64,000 nucleotides of DNA from Acidimicrobiia bacterium (GTDB lineage Bacteria; Actinomycetota; Acidimicrobiia; Acidimicrobiales; Bin134): contig JAJDYE010000016.1 of NCBI GenBank assembly GCA_022822905.1, positions 152,731-216,730 of the forward strand. The letters run 5' to 3'. The notes under the pieces are model-generated. The model was not told the origin of the DNA. It made no database searches and saw only the letters and a program-made list of their open reading frames with translations. This document shows positions 17,974 to 27,808 of the stretch, one piece after another. Both the position numbers and the translations under genes were made by a program. Each line of letters opens with the position of its first letter. Position 1 is the first letter of the stretch.

Positions 17974-20291
17974 GATCCTGCTCCCTGCAATTGGTCGAAC
18001 AAGTACTCAGGCGCCACCGGCACCCGGTTTACTTGGACACCCAACTCGGACAGGGCGTCCTCAATGGCGTTGGCCACCGCGGCCGGCGGCGAAATAGCTC
18101 CAGCCTCCCCCACACCCTTGATGCCCAGAGGGTTGAGCGGAGATGGAGTCTCCAAATGGGCGACGGCCAATTCGGGCACCCCGGCGGCATCGGGCACCAG
18201 ATAGTCGGCCAGGCTGGGATTCTGGGGTTGGCCGTCGGCATCGTACGCCGCCTGCTCAAACAGCGCCGCTCCGATCCCCTGAGCCACTCCCCCGGCGATC
18301 TGGCCGTCGACGATCATGGGAGAAAGCAGCGGTCCGCAGTCATGGGCCACCACGTAGTCCAAAACCTCCGTCGCGCCCGTGGACGGATCGACGGCCACCC
18401 GGGCCACATGCACCCCAGCGGCAAAGGTGACCGTAGGCGGCTCGAAGCAGACCACCTCGTCCAAGCCAGCGTTGCTGCCGTTGGCAAATACGCCTCCGGG
18501 GGCAAAGCCCGTAGCCACTTCGGCCAGCCCCATGCGCCGAGTGGGCGTTCCCACCACCTCTACCATGCCGTTTCGGATGCACAGGTCGGCGGGGGCCAGT
18601 TCCCACTGCTCCGCCACCGCGTCCACAATCCGGTTGCGCAACACGTTGGCCGCTTCGTGGATCGCACTGCCTGCTACCACCGCGCTGCGGCTGGCCAGCG
18701 TGCCCCAACCATGCTCTACCGCAGCGGTGTCACCCCCGATCACCGTCACCTGCTCGGGATCGACGCCCAGCGCCTGCGCGCACACTTCGGCGAACACAGT
18801 CTCATGTCCCTGACCCTGCGAACACGCGCCGGTGGCCACTTCAACCCAGCCGGTCTCGTCCACCCGCACCCGGGCGCTCTCGAAGGGTCCGACACCGGTG
18901 CCCTCCACATAGGTGGACATACCGACGCCGACTAGCCGACCGTTGTCGTCCTGCGCCCCTCCCCGCAATCCATCGTCGATTTCGCCCAACTCCACGGCCT
19001 CCTCGAAGCATGCGTAGAAGTCACCGCTGTCGTAGGTCATGGGAGTGCCATCCCGGTAGTTGAGACCCACCGAATAGGGCATCTCGTCGGCGGTGATGAG
19101 ATTGAGGCGGCGAAGCTCCACCGGATCGATGCCCACCTCCCGGGCGGCCACGTCGATAATGCGGTCCATGGCGAAAACTGCTTCGGGCCTCCCCGCTCCC
19201 CGATAGGGGGAGACCGGGGCTTTGTTGGTGACCACCGCAGTAGCCTCCACATCCAGCGCCGGCACCCGGTAGCACCCGCACAGATGGGCCAACGTGTTGT
19301 AGGGCTGGACCACCCCGAGGGGATTGGCCGCCCCGTTGTCCACCACGAAGCGGTCGCGTACTCCCAGGATGCGGGCGTCGACATCGAGAGCGATCTCGAT
19401 GTCGTGGATCTGGTCGCGTGACTGAATGGCGGCCAATCCGTGTTCGCTTCGCTGCTCCACCCATTTCAGCGGGACGCCTGTCTCCAGGGCAAGGTAGGCC
19501 ATGATCAGCTCCTCGGCGTAGGGAATGGCCTTGACGCCGAAGCCGCCACCCACATCGGGAGCCACCACCCGTATCCGGTGGGCAGGCCGACCCAAAGCCT
19601 TGGCTAGGGCGGTGCGCAGCGGGTGGGGAATCTGCGTGCTGCTCCACACGGTGAGCAGGTCGGTGCGGGGATCGTGTGCCGCCACCACGCCCCTGGGCTC
19701 CATGGGGTGACAGGCCAGCCGGCCCGAGTGCAGCCGGCGGCGACTCACATGGGCGGCTTCGGCGAAGGCAGAGTCGATGTCGCCGAAGCCGGCGGCAACA
19801 AGCAGCGAGCGGTTGTCGGGCCAATGGTCGTATAGCCGGGGAGCGTCGGCGGCCAGCGCGGCGAAGGGATCCACCACCGCCGGGCGGGGGACCAGGTCTA
19901 GGAGCACCCGGTCGGCCGCGTCGGCGGCCGCGTAAAGAGAGTCGGCGACGACCACTGCAATCGGATCGCCCACGTGCCGTACCCGGTCTACCGCCAGAAG
20001 CGGGCGGCCCTCGTGGCGCACAAAGAGCCGGTCGTCGCCCAAGGATTCCAGCAGTTTGTCCTGGTAAACCCCGCCATCAGCCTCGTTGGGGGCCATCGTG
20101 TCTATGCGCCCGATCAGGTCTTTCCCTGTCCACCCGACAACGCCGGGGGGAAGCTCCACCCCGTTCAGGTCGGCATGAGCCACCGGGCTGCGCACGAACG
20201 CGGCGTAGCGCATCGACGGCAGTTCGATGTCGGCCACATAGCGGCCGTTGCCCCTCAGCAGTCGGGGATCCTCGCGGCGCAGGGTTCTCAC
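17970..20291 (-). CDS. Xanthine dehydrogenase/CoxL family molybdopterin-binding large subunit (form II CoxL-like PYRGAGR motif)
   Basis: The N-terminus VRTLRREDPRLLRGNGRYVADI and the VSPYRGAGRPEAVF motif fit the family, as does the size (about 770 aa). The GTG at 20291 gives a GTGA overlap with the aldolase stop. No CoxS/CoxM-type partner genes are in the window. Confidence 0.8.
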   Translation of the reverse strand: MRTLRREDPRLLRGNGRYVADIELPSMRYAAFVRSPVAHADLNGVELPPGVVGWTGKDLIGRIDTMAPNEADGGVYQDKLLESLGDDRLFVRHEGRPLLAVDRVRHVGDPIAVVVADSLYAAADAADRVLLDLVPRPAVVDPFAALAADAPRLYDHWPDNRSLLVAAGFGDIDSAFAEAAHVSRRRLHSGRLACHPMEPRGVVAAHDPRTDLLTVWSSTQIPHPLRTALAKALGRPAHRIRVVAPDVGGGFGVKAIPYAEELIMAYLALETGVPLKWVEQRSEHGLAAIQSRDQIHDIEIALDVDARILGVRDRFVVDNGAANPLGVVQPYNTLAHLCGCYRVPALDVEATAVVTNKAPVSPYRGAGRPEAVFAMDRIIDVAAREVGIDPVELRRLNLITADEMPYSVGLNYRDGTPMTYDSGDFYACFEEAVELGEIDDGLRGGAQDDNGRLVGVGMSTYVEGTGVGPFESARVRVDETGWVEVATGACSQGQGHETVFAEVCAQALGVDPEQVTVIGGDTAAVEHGWGTLASRSAVVAGSAIHEAANVLRNRIVDAVAEQWELAPADLCIRNGMVEVVGTPTRRMGLAEVATGFAPGGVFANGSNAGLDEVVCFEPPTVTFAAGVHVARVAVDPSTGATEVLDYVVAHDCGPLLSPMIVDGQIAGGVAQGIGAALFEQAAYDADGQPQNPSLADYLVPDAAGVPELAVAHLETPSPLNPLGIKGVGEAGAISPPAAVANAIEDALSELGVQVNRVPVAPEYLFDQLQGAGS

Positions 20292-21004
20292 CGGGCCAAC
20301 TCCACGGCCCAGTAGTCCCACTGGGTATGGGTGTACTCCTCCAGGGTCAAGCCGTCGGTGAGCAGTTCGTCGGTGAGCTCCGAACGATCGATGGCCTCCA
20401 CCGAGCCGATGCCCTGGGCCATGATCTGCAACCGGGCCGAGCGCTCGAGGTTGACGGCGCTCACGGTTGCCTCCTCGATGGTCGACCCCACCACGGTCAG
20501 CCCGTGGCCCTTCAACAGGATGCCCTTCCGGTCGGCCAGGGCCGCGGCCACCGCTCGGCCGCGCTCGGGGTTGTCGATCTGCACCGCGGAGTCATACACC
20601 GGCACGCCATCAGCGAACAGCGTGCATAGGTGCCAGACCGGAGCGAGGGGAACATCGGTCATCGAGAACGCGATGCAGTGCATGGGGTGGGCGTGGATCA
20701 CCGCCCCCACATCAGGACGCGCCCGGTAGATCTCAGTGTGCATGAACCGCTCACCGGGGGCATCCATCGATCCCTCGACCACTTCGCCGTCCAGGTCCAT
20801 CACCACCACGTCACTCGGCTCGGTCTCGGCCAGATCCTTCACGTCGTCATGGGTGTGGCCCAGCACCGCCACCAAGTCGGTGCCCGGAATCCGGGCCGAG
20901 GGATGGCCGAAGGGACCGATCAGCCGTTCGCGGACCAAGATCCGTGTCGAGGTGGCGATCTTCTCTTTGAGAACCGTGATGGCCTCGGTGTTGTTGCTGC
21001 TCAT
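20288..21004 (-). CDS. Class II aldolase/adducin family protein
   Basis: MSSNNTEAITVLKEKIATSTRILV...GHPSARIPG...HTEIYRARPDVGAVIHAHP. The ATG at 21004 overlaps the ALDH stop (ATGA). Confidence 0.75.
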   Translation of the reverse strand: MSSNNTEAITVLKEKIATSTRILVRERLIGPFGHPSARIPGTDLVAVLGHTHDDVKDLAETEPSDVVVMDLDGEVVEGSMDAPGERFMHTEIYRARPDVGAVIHAHPMHCIAFSMTDVPLAPVWHLCTLFADGVPVYDSAVQIDNPERGRAVAAALADRKGILLKGHGLTVVGSTIEEATVSAVNLERSARLQIMAQGIGSVEAIDRSELTDELLTDGLTLEEYTHTQWDYWAVELAR

Positions 21005-22482
21005 TGGCGCGCTCCGATATCGAGAATGTGGACGACCTTTGTCCGGGTGTAGCTGAGCAACGACTCCATCGACCCCTCTGACCCCAGCCCAGAGTCCTTG
21101 TATCCGCCAAATGGCGTTTCCAGGAAGTGCTGGCCTCGCCCGTTGATCCACACACATCCGGCCTGCACGCGGCGGGCGGCGTCCATGGCCCAGTCCAAGT
21201 CGTTGGTGATGATGTTGGCGGTGAGCCCATAACGCGTGGCGTTGGCCTGGGCGATGAGATCGTCCCGATCCTGCCACTCAAGCACCGACAGCACCGGCCC
21301 GAATATCTCCTCGGTGGCGATCACCTGTCCGGACTCCACCTGGTCGAACAGCGTCGGCGCCAGGTAGTACCCGCCCTCGGGCACGCCCTCTGGGGAGCCC
21401 CCGCCCCTGACCAGCCGGGCACCCTCCGATCGCCCAGCCTCCACAAAGTTCTGCACTCGGCTGAGCTGGGGCTCGGAGACCAGGGGCCCCATTGTGGTGG
21501 CTGTATCGAGGGGGTCGCCCACCCTGATCTGATCGAGTCGGGCGGCCACCGCGTCCACGATCTCGTCGTGCAGATGAGCAGGGGCGTAAAGCCGGGAAGT
21601 CGACCCGCAAGACTGCCCCTGAGAAGACTCGAAGTTCATTCCCCCCACGGCCTGTTCAGCCACGAATGCGGGATCGGCATCGGGCGCCACCAATAGGGGG
21701 TTCTTGCCCCCCAGTTCCACGGTCACGTGCTTCACTCGTCCCGACGCCGCGGCGGCCTCCATGACCCGCAGTCCGGTAGTCCCCCGCCCGGTGAATCCGA
21801 TGCGGCTGATGCCTGGGTGGGCCACTAGGGCCTCGCCGGTGGTGGCGCCGTTTCCAGTGAGCACGGTGAGCACGCCGGGAGGCAGGATCTCCGCGGCCAG
21901 ATAGGCCACCTCCAGGGGGGACACGGGGGTTTGGTCGGGGGCCTTCACGATGACGGTGTTGCCCGCAGCCAGAGGAGCGGCTGCATGGAAGAGGGTAAAC
22001 ATCAGCGGGTGGTTGAAGGGCAGGATGCGGGCCACCACGCCGTAGGGCTCCCGCAATGTCAGATGGAGGCTGTTTGCCGACGCCGGCAGGGTCTTGCCGT
22101 GCAGCTCTCGGGCGATGCCGGCAAAGTAATCCAGGGCATCGGCCCCGTAGGCCACGTCGTTGCGCATGGCGGCCACGGGATTGCCGCTGTCCATGGCGTC
22201 GATCCGGGCCAGACGCTCGGTTTGAAACCGCACCGAATCGGCCAGGGCGTGCAGATAACGGCCTCGCTCCGCAGCGGAAAGCGCAGCCCACGCTGGTTGG
22301 GCTGCGGTAGCCGCACCGACGGCACCATCCACTGTCGCAGCATCGGCCAGCGGCACCTCGGCCACCGTCTCACCGGTGCCCGGGGCGATGGCCGCCATCA
22401 TGTCGCCATCGGCTACCTCGCGGTCGCCCACCAGAAGCGGATAGCGGTCACGGAGGTCGGCGGCCAGCAGTTCGGCAGTCAT
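21001..22482 (-). CDS. NAD(P)-dependent aldehyde dehydrogenase family protein
   Basis: VTVELGGKNPLLV and SQGQSCGSTSR (catalytic Glu/Cys regions), plus EEIFGPVLSV. The ATG at 22482 overlaps the ADH stop. Confidence 0.85.
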   Translation of the reverse strand: MTAELLAADLRDRYPLLVGDREVADGDMMAAIAPGTGETVAEVPLADAATVDGAVGAATAAQPAWAALSAAERGRYLHALADSVRFQTERLARIDAMDSGNPVAAMRNDVAYGADALDYFAGIARELHGKTLPASANSLHLTLREPYGVVARILPFNHPLMFTLFHAAAPLAAGNTVIVKAPDQTPVSPLEVAYLAAEILPPGVLTVLTGNGATTGEALVAHPGISRIGFTGRGTTGLRVMEAAAASGRVKHVTVELGGKNPLLVAPDADPAFVAEQAVGGMNFESSQGQSCGSTSRLYAPAHLHDEIVDAVAARLDQIRVGDPLDTATTMGPLVSEPQLSRVQNFVEAGRSEGARLVRGGGSPEGVPEGGYYLAPTLFDQVESGQVIATEEIFGPVLSVLEWQDRDDLIAQANATRYGLTANIITNDLDWAMDAARRVQAGCVWINGRGQHFLETPFGGYKDSGLGSEGSMESLLSYTRTKVVHILDIGARQ

Positions 22483-23567
22483 GGGATGATCACCGGCTTC
22501 ATCTCGGCACCGGCTCGCATGGCGGCTAAGGCGTCGGTTACCTGATCCAACGAATAAGTGGTTGAGCACACCGCAGATTCCAACCACAGTTCGGCGCTGT
22601 GGCGGTCCAAGAACCGGAGGGCGTCGTGGAAGTGGGAGATGTCGGCCGACAGCGAAGTCCTCACCGTGAGCTGGCGGACTTTCATGGCCGTGGTCGCCAC
22701 CGGCACCGTTTCGCCATGGGCTTGGCCGATAACCATGAGCGTGCCGCCGGCTCGCACCATCTCCATTCCCTCGGTAAAGGCGCTGGGAGGCCCCGCGCAT
22801 TCGAGCACGATGTCAGCGCCCCGGCCCCCGGTCAGGCTGCGGACTGCGTCGATTCTCTCGTCGGGCTCGGTGTGATCGATGTCGATGCGGTCGGCCAAAT
22901 CCCACTCCTTCGTGGCCGCTAGCCGGGATGCGGGTGCACCGATGAGGACCACTTGGCTCGCTCCGCTTCGCAGAGCCGCCGCCGCGGCCAGAATCCCGAC
23001 GGGCCCGGCCCCGAGAACCACCACCGAGTCGCTGAACCGGATGCGGGGCATGCGATCTAAGGCGTGCATCACCGTGCGCAGGGCGCAAGTGGCCGCCGAG
23101 GCGAGCGGACTGGACACGCTGTCGGGCACTCTCAGCACCCGGGAATCGGGCGACACGTGCAGGTGTTCGGAGAACGTCCCATTGACGGCGCCCTCCTCAT
23201 AGGGCCCCCACCCATAGCCCATGGTGTTCTCGCACAGGGTGGGCTGTTTGGCCACCGCGCAGAAGTAGCACCGGCCGCACCAATTGTGAGCCCAGACGAT
23301 GCGGTCACCACGCCGAAGCGGCTGTCCCAAAGCGTCCGTCATCAAGCCCGCACCCAGTTCGACAACCGTGCCTGTGCCCTCGTGGCCCATCACCAAGGGC
23401 AGACGGGCCAGCTGCTCGAAGACGCCATCGCAGATGTGTACGTCGGTGCCGCACACGGTGGCGGCGTCAACCCGCACCAGCGCGCCCCCCGGCAGAACCG
23501 GTCCCAAATCGAGCGTTTCCACCGCGGGTCCGTGGCTGTAATCCGCCAAGATCACTGCCCGGCTCAT
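22479..23567 (-). CDS. Zinc-binding medium-chain alcohol dehydrogenase family protein
   Basis: CGTDVHICDG...MGHEGTG, and GAGPVGILAAAAA as the Rossmann motif. The ATG at 23567 overlaps the upstream stop. Confidence 0.8.
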   Translation of the reverse strand: MSRAVILADYSHGPAVETLDLGPVLPGGALVRVDAATVCGTDVHICDGVFEQLARLPLVMGHEGTGTVVELGAGLMTDALGQPLRRGDRIVWAHNWCGRCYFCAVAKQPTLCENTMGYGWGPYEEGAVNGTFSEHLHVSPDSRVLRVPDSVSSPLASAATCALRTVMHALDRMPRIRFSDSVVVLGAGPVGILAAAAALRSGASQVVLIGAPASRLAATKEWDLADRIDIDHTEPDERIDAVRSLTGGRGADIVLECAGPPSAFTEGMEMVRAGGTLMVIGQAHGETVPVATTAMKVRQLTVRTSLSADISHFHDALRFLDRHSAELWLESAVCSTTYSLDQVTDALAAMRAGAEMKPVIIP

Positions 23568-24007
23568 GCTGGTGCCTCCCGCCAGATCGGACCCCGGCCG
23601 ACAACCGGATCGAGCAGACCCTCGGCCACCCACTCTGTGTAGGCGAAGGGATCGTAGGTTTTGGCCACTTGGCCCGGATACCCGATCAGCTCGCGAACCA
23701 CCGGGCTGAGGTAATAGCACGCCGCCACCGCGGTGGTGAGCGCGACGTAGGCGTCTTCGTCCTCTTCGTGAAGGGCCAACAGCCGGTCGACGGTGAATGA
23801 AGACGGATCAAGCGCATCCACTGCCCGGACCAGAGGCTGGAGCAGATCATTGCGCCAGCCCAAGACTTGAGCCAGGTAAGACTCCACTGCCCTTACGTCA
23901 GAGACCGCGGGCATACCGTGGGCTGCGGGCAGCATCACGTCGGCGAGAGCGGTCAGCCGACCGAGGTCGATATCGGCTGTCGCCACTGGCGAGGGCGGAG
24001 CAGTCAT
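23564..24007 (-). CDS. Small subunit-like protein accompanying the GMC oxidoreductase (gluconate 2-dehydrogenase subunit 3-like)
   Basis: 147 aa, translationally coupled on both sides. The assignment rests on size, position next to a GMC enzyme and weak resemblance only. Confidence 0.4.
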   Translation of the reverse strand: MTAPPSPVATADIDLGRLTALADVMLPAAHGMPAVSDVRAVESYLAQVLGWRNDLLQPLVRAVDALDPSSFTVDRLLALHEEDEDAYVALTTAVAACYYLSPVVRELIGYPGQVAKTYDPFAYTEWVAEGLLDPVVGRGPIWREAPA

Positions 24008-25614
24008 GCCGGAACCCTTTGCTCGCTGCGGTGCTGAACCAGCAAGTCGGCAGTTCGCAGGGCCAGCGCAGTGATAGTGCAGGTGGGATTCACTCCAGAG
24101 CTGGTCACGAACACGCTGGCGTCGGCGATGTATAGGTTGGGCACATCATGGGCCTGCTGGCGGGAGTTGACCACTGAGGAAGCCGGGTCATTCCCCATTC
24201 GAGCGGTTCCCATCAAATGCCATCCCGAATAGGGAATCAAGCTGGCCACCGCAGTCTCTCGGCACCCCGATGCCGCCAGTGATTCTTCGGCCTTGGCTTC
24301 CTGGAAGGCCATCAGCCACCGGGAGTGGTCGGATATTCGGTAGCTCACTCGTGGCGCGGGAATGCTGTGGGTGTCAGTGCGGTCTGGGTCGAGTTCCACC
24401 CGGTTGGACTCCTCAGGGAGATCCTCGCCAAAGATGGCCCAGCTCGCCCCCCGTCCGAATGTACGACCCATTAGCTCGTGATGATCGGGGCCCCACACCT
24501 CGTTGCCGGCACGCATGGGCAAGATGTGATTGAGGGGGCCGCCGACCGGCGAGAGGGCCCACTTGGCCCCTCGCACGAATCCGCGGTCGGGATCGGTCTC
24601 GTAAAATTGGTAGCTGGTGATGCTGGCCCCGAAGTGGCCCTGCCAGCCCTCCACCTGGTCGTCCCACCACCCAGTGACCACCGAGAACGGGTGCATCATC
24701 AAGCGTCGACCCACCAAGCCGCTGGAGTTGGCCAGCCCGTCGGGACAGTGGCGGTCGTCAGCCGATAGCAACAGCAGCCGCGCCGTGCCCACCGCATTGG
24801 CGGCCAGGATCACCACGTCAGCTTCCTGGTGGTGCTCGACACCAGAGCGATCCAGCCAGACAGCCCCAGTGGCCAGCCCTCGCGGGCTCATCGTGATCCG
24901 GCTGACTCGGGCCCCGGTGATGAGCTGGGCGCCAGCCGCGGTCGCCTTGGGCCAGTGAGTCAGATCGGTGGAGGCCTTGGCCCCCTCGGCGCATCCCGAT
25001 GTACACACCCCCCGCTGCACGCAGGGTCTCCGCCCGTCGTAGGGTGCGGACAAGATGGCGTTGGGCTCGGGCCACCAGTGCCATCCCAGGCGGTTGTGTC
25101 CTTCGGCCACCCGCCGACCGGCCGCGCCCAAGGGCAGCGGCGGCAGCGGATAGTCATCGTGGGGCGGATAGGCCGGGTCTCCGGCCAAGCCGGACACGCC
25201 GATCTGCTGGTCAATGGCGTTGTAGTAGGGAACCAGGTCGGAATAGGAGATGGGCCAGTCGTCGGCCACCCCGTCCATAGTCCGCACCCGGAAGTCCGAT
25301 GGGAGCATCCGGGGCCACGTCCCCGCGTAGATGATCATGCTGCCCCCCACTGCGTTGTACATGAGCGGCTCGATGTCGGAATCGTCATGGACCACCGGGT
25401 AGTCCTCCGGGCGACTCCGCACATTGGGGCTCATGGCCCAGTCCTTGCGGATGGCCAGCTCCCAGTCGGGGCGAGCGCCGGGGAACGCGGACCTATCGGG
25501 CCAATCGCCCTGCTCGAGGCATACAACATCGAAGCCGTGCTCGGCCAGGTGGCGCGCGGCCACCCCGCCGGAGGCACCGGCGCCAATGATGAGGACGTCG
25601 GCCCGATAGGTCAT
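24004..25614 (-). CDS. GMC family FAD-dependent oxidoreductase
   Basis: 536 aa. The N-terminal FAD motif is DVLIIGAGASGGVAARHLAE. The C-terminal GMC pattern is HLMGTARMG...NLYIADASVF. Confidence 0.85.
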   Translation of the reverse strand: MTYRADVLIIGAGASGGVAARHLAEHGFDVVCLEQGDWPDRSAFPGARPDWELAIRKDWAMSPNVRSRPEDYPVVHDDSDIEPLMYNAVGGSMIIYAGTWPRMLPSDFRVRTMDGVADDWPISYSDLVPYYNAIDQQIGVSGLAGDPAYPPHDDYPLPPLPLGAAGRRVAEGHNRLGWHWWPEPNAILSAPYDGRRPCVQRGVCTSGCAEGAKASTDLTHWPKATAAGAQLITGARVSRITMSPRGLATGAVWLDRSGVEHHQEADVVILAANAVGTARLLLLSADDRHCPDGLANSSGLVGRRLMMHPFSVVTGWWDDQVEGWQGHFGASITSYQFYETDPDRGFVRGAKWALSPVGGPLNHILPMRAGNEVWGPDHHELMGRTFGRGASWAIFGEDLPEESNRVELDPDRTDTHSIPAPRVSYRISDHSRWLMAFQEAKAEESLAASGCRETAVASLIPYSGWHLMGTARMGNDPASSVVNSRQQAHDVPNLYIADASVFVTSSGVNPTCTITALALRTADLLVQHRSEQRVPA

Positions 25615-25647
25615 GTTCGCTAGTGGGTTACCGGAGGGTGAGTACCC

Positions 25648-26643
25648 CTACCGGAGATCGGCGTTGGTCATGCCTTCGATGGTGTCGGCATCCACCACGA
25701 AGGTGGGGGCCTGGATGAAGTACCCCTGGCCGGTGCTGCCGGTAGTGAGGTACTGGTGAGCGACCTCGGCAGTCTGCCAACCCCACTGGTAGCCCCGCAG
25801 GGCGATGGTCATGTCCACGCCGGACCCGGCCCGGATTTGGTCGAAGACCGCGGGCTCGCCGTCGGTCCCGCTGATGAGGATGTCGGCGTGGTCAATGCCA
25901 GCCTCTTCCACGGCGGTGGCCGCACCCAATGCCAGAGCATCGCTGTCGGCCCAGATGCCGTCGAGGTCGGGATTGGCGGTCAAGGCGTCTTGGGCCAGCC
26001 GGAGGCCTTCCTCAGCCGTGAAGCTGTTGGCGCTCTGGTTGAACACCACTTCGATGCCAGGGTTGTTTTCCATGGTGTGCTCGAAGCCCTCGCGGCGCTT
26101 CTCCACGTACTCGCTGGCACCCGGGCCGCCAATGCGGGCGATCTTGCCCGATCCGCCGAGTTGCTCGACCATCCACTCGGTCTGCTTGGTGCCCTCAACA
26201 CCCCAATCGGTGCCGATGAAGCCGATCTCCGGGGCAGCCTCCTGAACGCTGTCGCCGGTGGACAGCATGGGAATGCCAGCGGCCGCGGCGGCCTCATAGG
26301 CGGGAATGAGCGCTTGGCGGTCGCCCGGCGAGGCGATGATTAGATCAACCCCCTGGGTCACGAAGTCCTCAATCTGAGCCACCTGGTCTTCGATCACGTA
26401 CGCGGCATCCGCGGCGACAAAGTTCCAGCAGTTCTGGGCGCCGAAATCACGCAGCCCGGCTTCGAGGTCGCGGAAGTACAAGATGAAGGTGGCCAAGTTG
26501 GCGTACCGCACCTCGTGGATTTCTTCGCAGCCCCCGTCGCCCGACGCGGTGTCGTCGTCATCGTCGTTGCCGCACGCCGATGCCACCAGTCCAAAGACCA
26601 ACATCAGCGCTAGCAGCTTTATCAATAGGTTTTTGGTTTTCAT
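25648..26643 (-). CDS. Sugar ABC transporter substrate-binding lipoprotein (periplasmic binding protein type I fold)
   Basis: Lipoprotein signal MKTKNLLIKLLALMLVFGLVASAC followed by a GNDDDDD linker. PBP-like body. Confidence 0.8.
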   Translation of the reverse strand: MKTKNLLIKLLALMLVFGLVASACGNDDDDDTASGDGGCEEIHEVRYANLATFILYFRDLEAGLRDFGAQNCWNFVAADAAYVIEDQVAQIEDFVTQGVDLIIASPGDRQALIPAYEAAAAAGIPMLSTGDSVQEAAPEIGFIGTDWGVEGTKQTEWMVEQLGGSGKIARIGGPGASEYVEKRREGFEHTMENNPGIEVVFNQSANSFTAEEGLRLAQDALTANPDLDGIWADSDALALGAATAVEEAGIDHADILISGTDGEPAVFDQIRAGSGVDMTIALRGYQWGWQTAEVAHQYLTTGSTGQGYFIQAPTFVVDADTIEGMTNADLR

Positions 26644-26662
26644 TGTGTTCCCCTCCGGGTGT

Positions 26663-27808
26663 TTATGGTTGCTCCAACGTCGAGGGGGCCGATTGCTCGG
26701 CCTGCTCCACGTCTTGGAGTTCTTGGTCTGCCGAGCGAGCCGATTGCTCGGCTAGCTCGATGGCGCGACGTTCTTCGTCGAGTTCGTGCTCCACTTCGAC
26801 TTCGATTGCGGTGTCCTCGCTCCGGTTGGCCCACCGCTCCAGGTAGCGGCGCAAGAACTGAGAGGTCATTGCCAGCACGAACACCACACCGAGCCAAACG
26901 TCCTGCATGTTGGAGGACACATTGAGGAGATTCAGGCTGTTGCGAATCACCCCGATCAGTAGGACGCCGGCCAGGGTTCGGGGAATCGAGCCCCGTCCTC
27001 CGAACAGATTGGTACCCCCGAGCACCACGGCGGCCACCGCGTATAGCTCGGTAAGCACCGCGGCATTGGGCTGGCCGACGTTGACCCGCCCCAACAAGGT
27101 GAAGCCGCCGACGGCAACAGCCAGGCCCCCCAAAACAAACACCGTGACCCGCACCCGGGTGACGTTGATGCCAGCTCGGCGGGCTGCTTCGGCGTTTCCC
27201 CCCACTGCGTAGATCCGCAATCCGAACCGGGAATATCGAAGGATGATGTGGTAGACGACGCCAAGGCCTAGAGCCACCCAGATGGGCATTCGCAAGCCGA
27301 TGAAGTCCTCGCTCCACCATGCCTTCCATCCGCCGGGGAGGTTGCCCACGGTGTTGCCCGCGGTGATCTCCCGAGCCAGGCCTCGGGCCATGATCAGCAG
27401 CCCCAAGGTGGTGATGAACGAGGGAACTTTCAGCACCGCAGTGACGAGTCCGTTGAACAGACCGGCGGCAATGCCCACACCCACCCCAGCCAACAGGCCG
27501 AGCACGATGCTGTTATTGCGCACCATGGTCTCGGCCGCCACCACGCCGATCAGGGCCAACACCGACCCCTGGGATAGGTCCAACTCGGCCGCGATGATCA
27601 CCAGGGTCATCCCGAAGGCGGCGCAGGCCAAGAATGATGTTTGCAGCAGGATGTTCTGAAGATTTCCAGTGGTCAGGAACACGTCGGACTTCACGGTCAT
27701 CACCGCGCCCAGGATGACGACCACGAAGATCGCGAATCCGGCCTCCACCACCCGGGGAATGGCAACCCGGATCCTGTCCCAGCCAATGGCGGCCGCAGGC
27801 TGGGTCAT
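26663..27808 (-). CDS. ABC transporter permease (ribose/branched-chain type) with acidic C-terminal tail
   Basis: 381 aa with multiple TM helices. The conserved segment is YAVGGNAEAARRAGINV. The last ~55 aa are Glu/Gln/Ala-rich. Confidence 0.8.
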   Translation of the reverse strand: MTQPAAAIGWDRIRVAIPRVVEAGFAIFVVVILGAVMTVKSDVFLTTGNLQNILLQTSFLACAAFGMTLVIIAAELDLSQGSVLALIGVVAAETMVRNNSIVLGLLAGVGVGIAAGLFNGLVTAVLKVPSFITTLGLLIMARGLAREITAGNTVGNLPGGWKAWWSEDFIGLRMPIWVALGLGVVYHIILRYSRFGLRIYAVGGNAEAARRAGINVTRVRVTVFVLGGLAVAVGGFTLLGRVNVGQPNAAVLTELYAVAAVVLGGTNLFGGRGSIPRTLAGVLLIGVIRNSLNLLNVSSNMQDVWLGVVFVLAMTSQFLRRYLERWANRSEDTAIEVEVEHELDEERRAIELAEQSARSADQELQDVEQAEQSAPSTLEQP

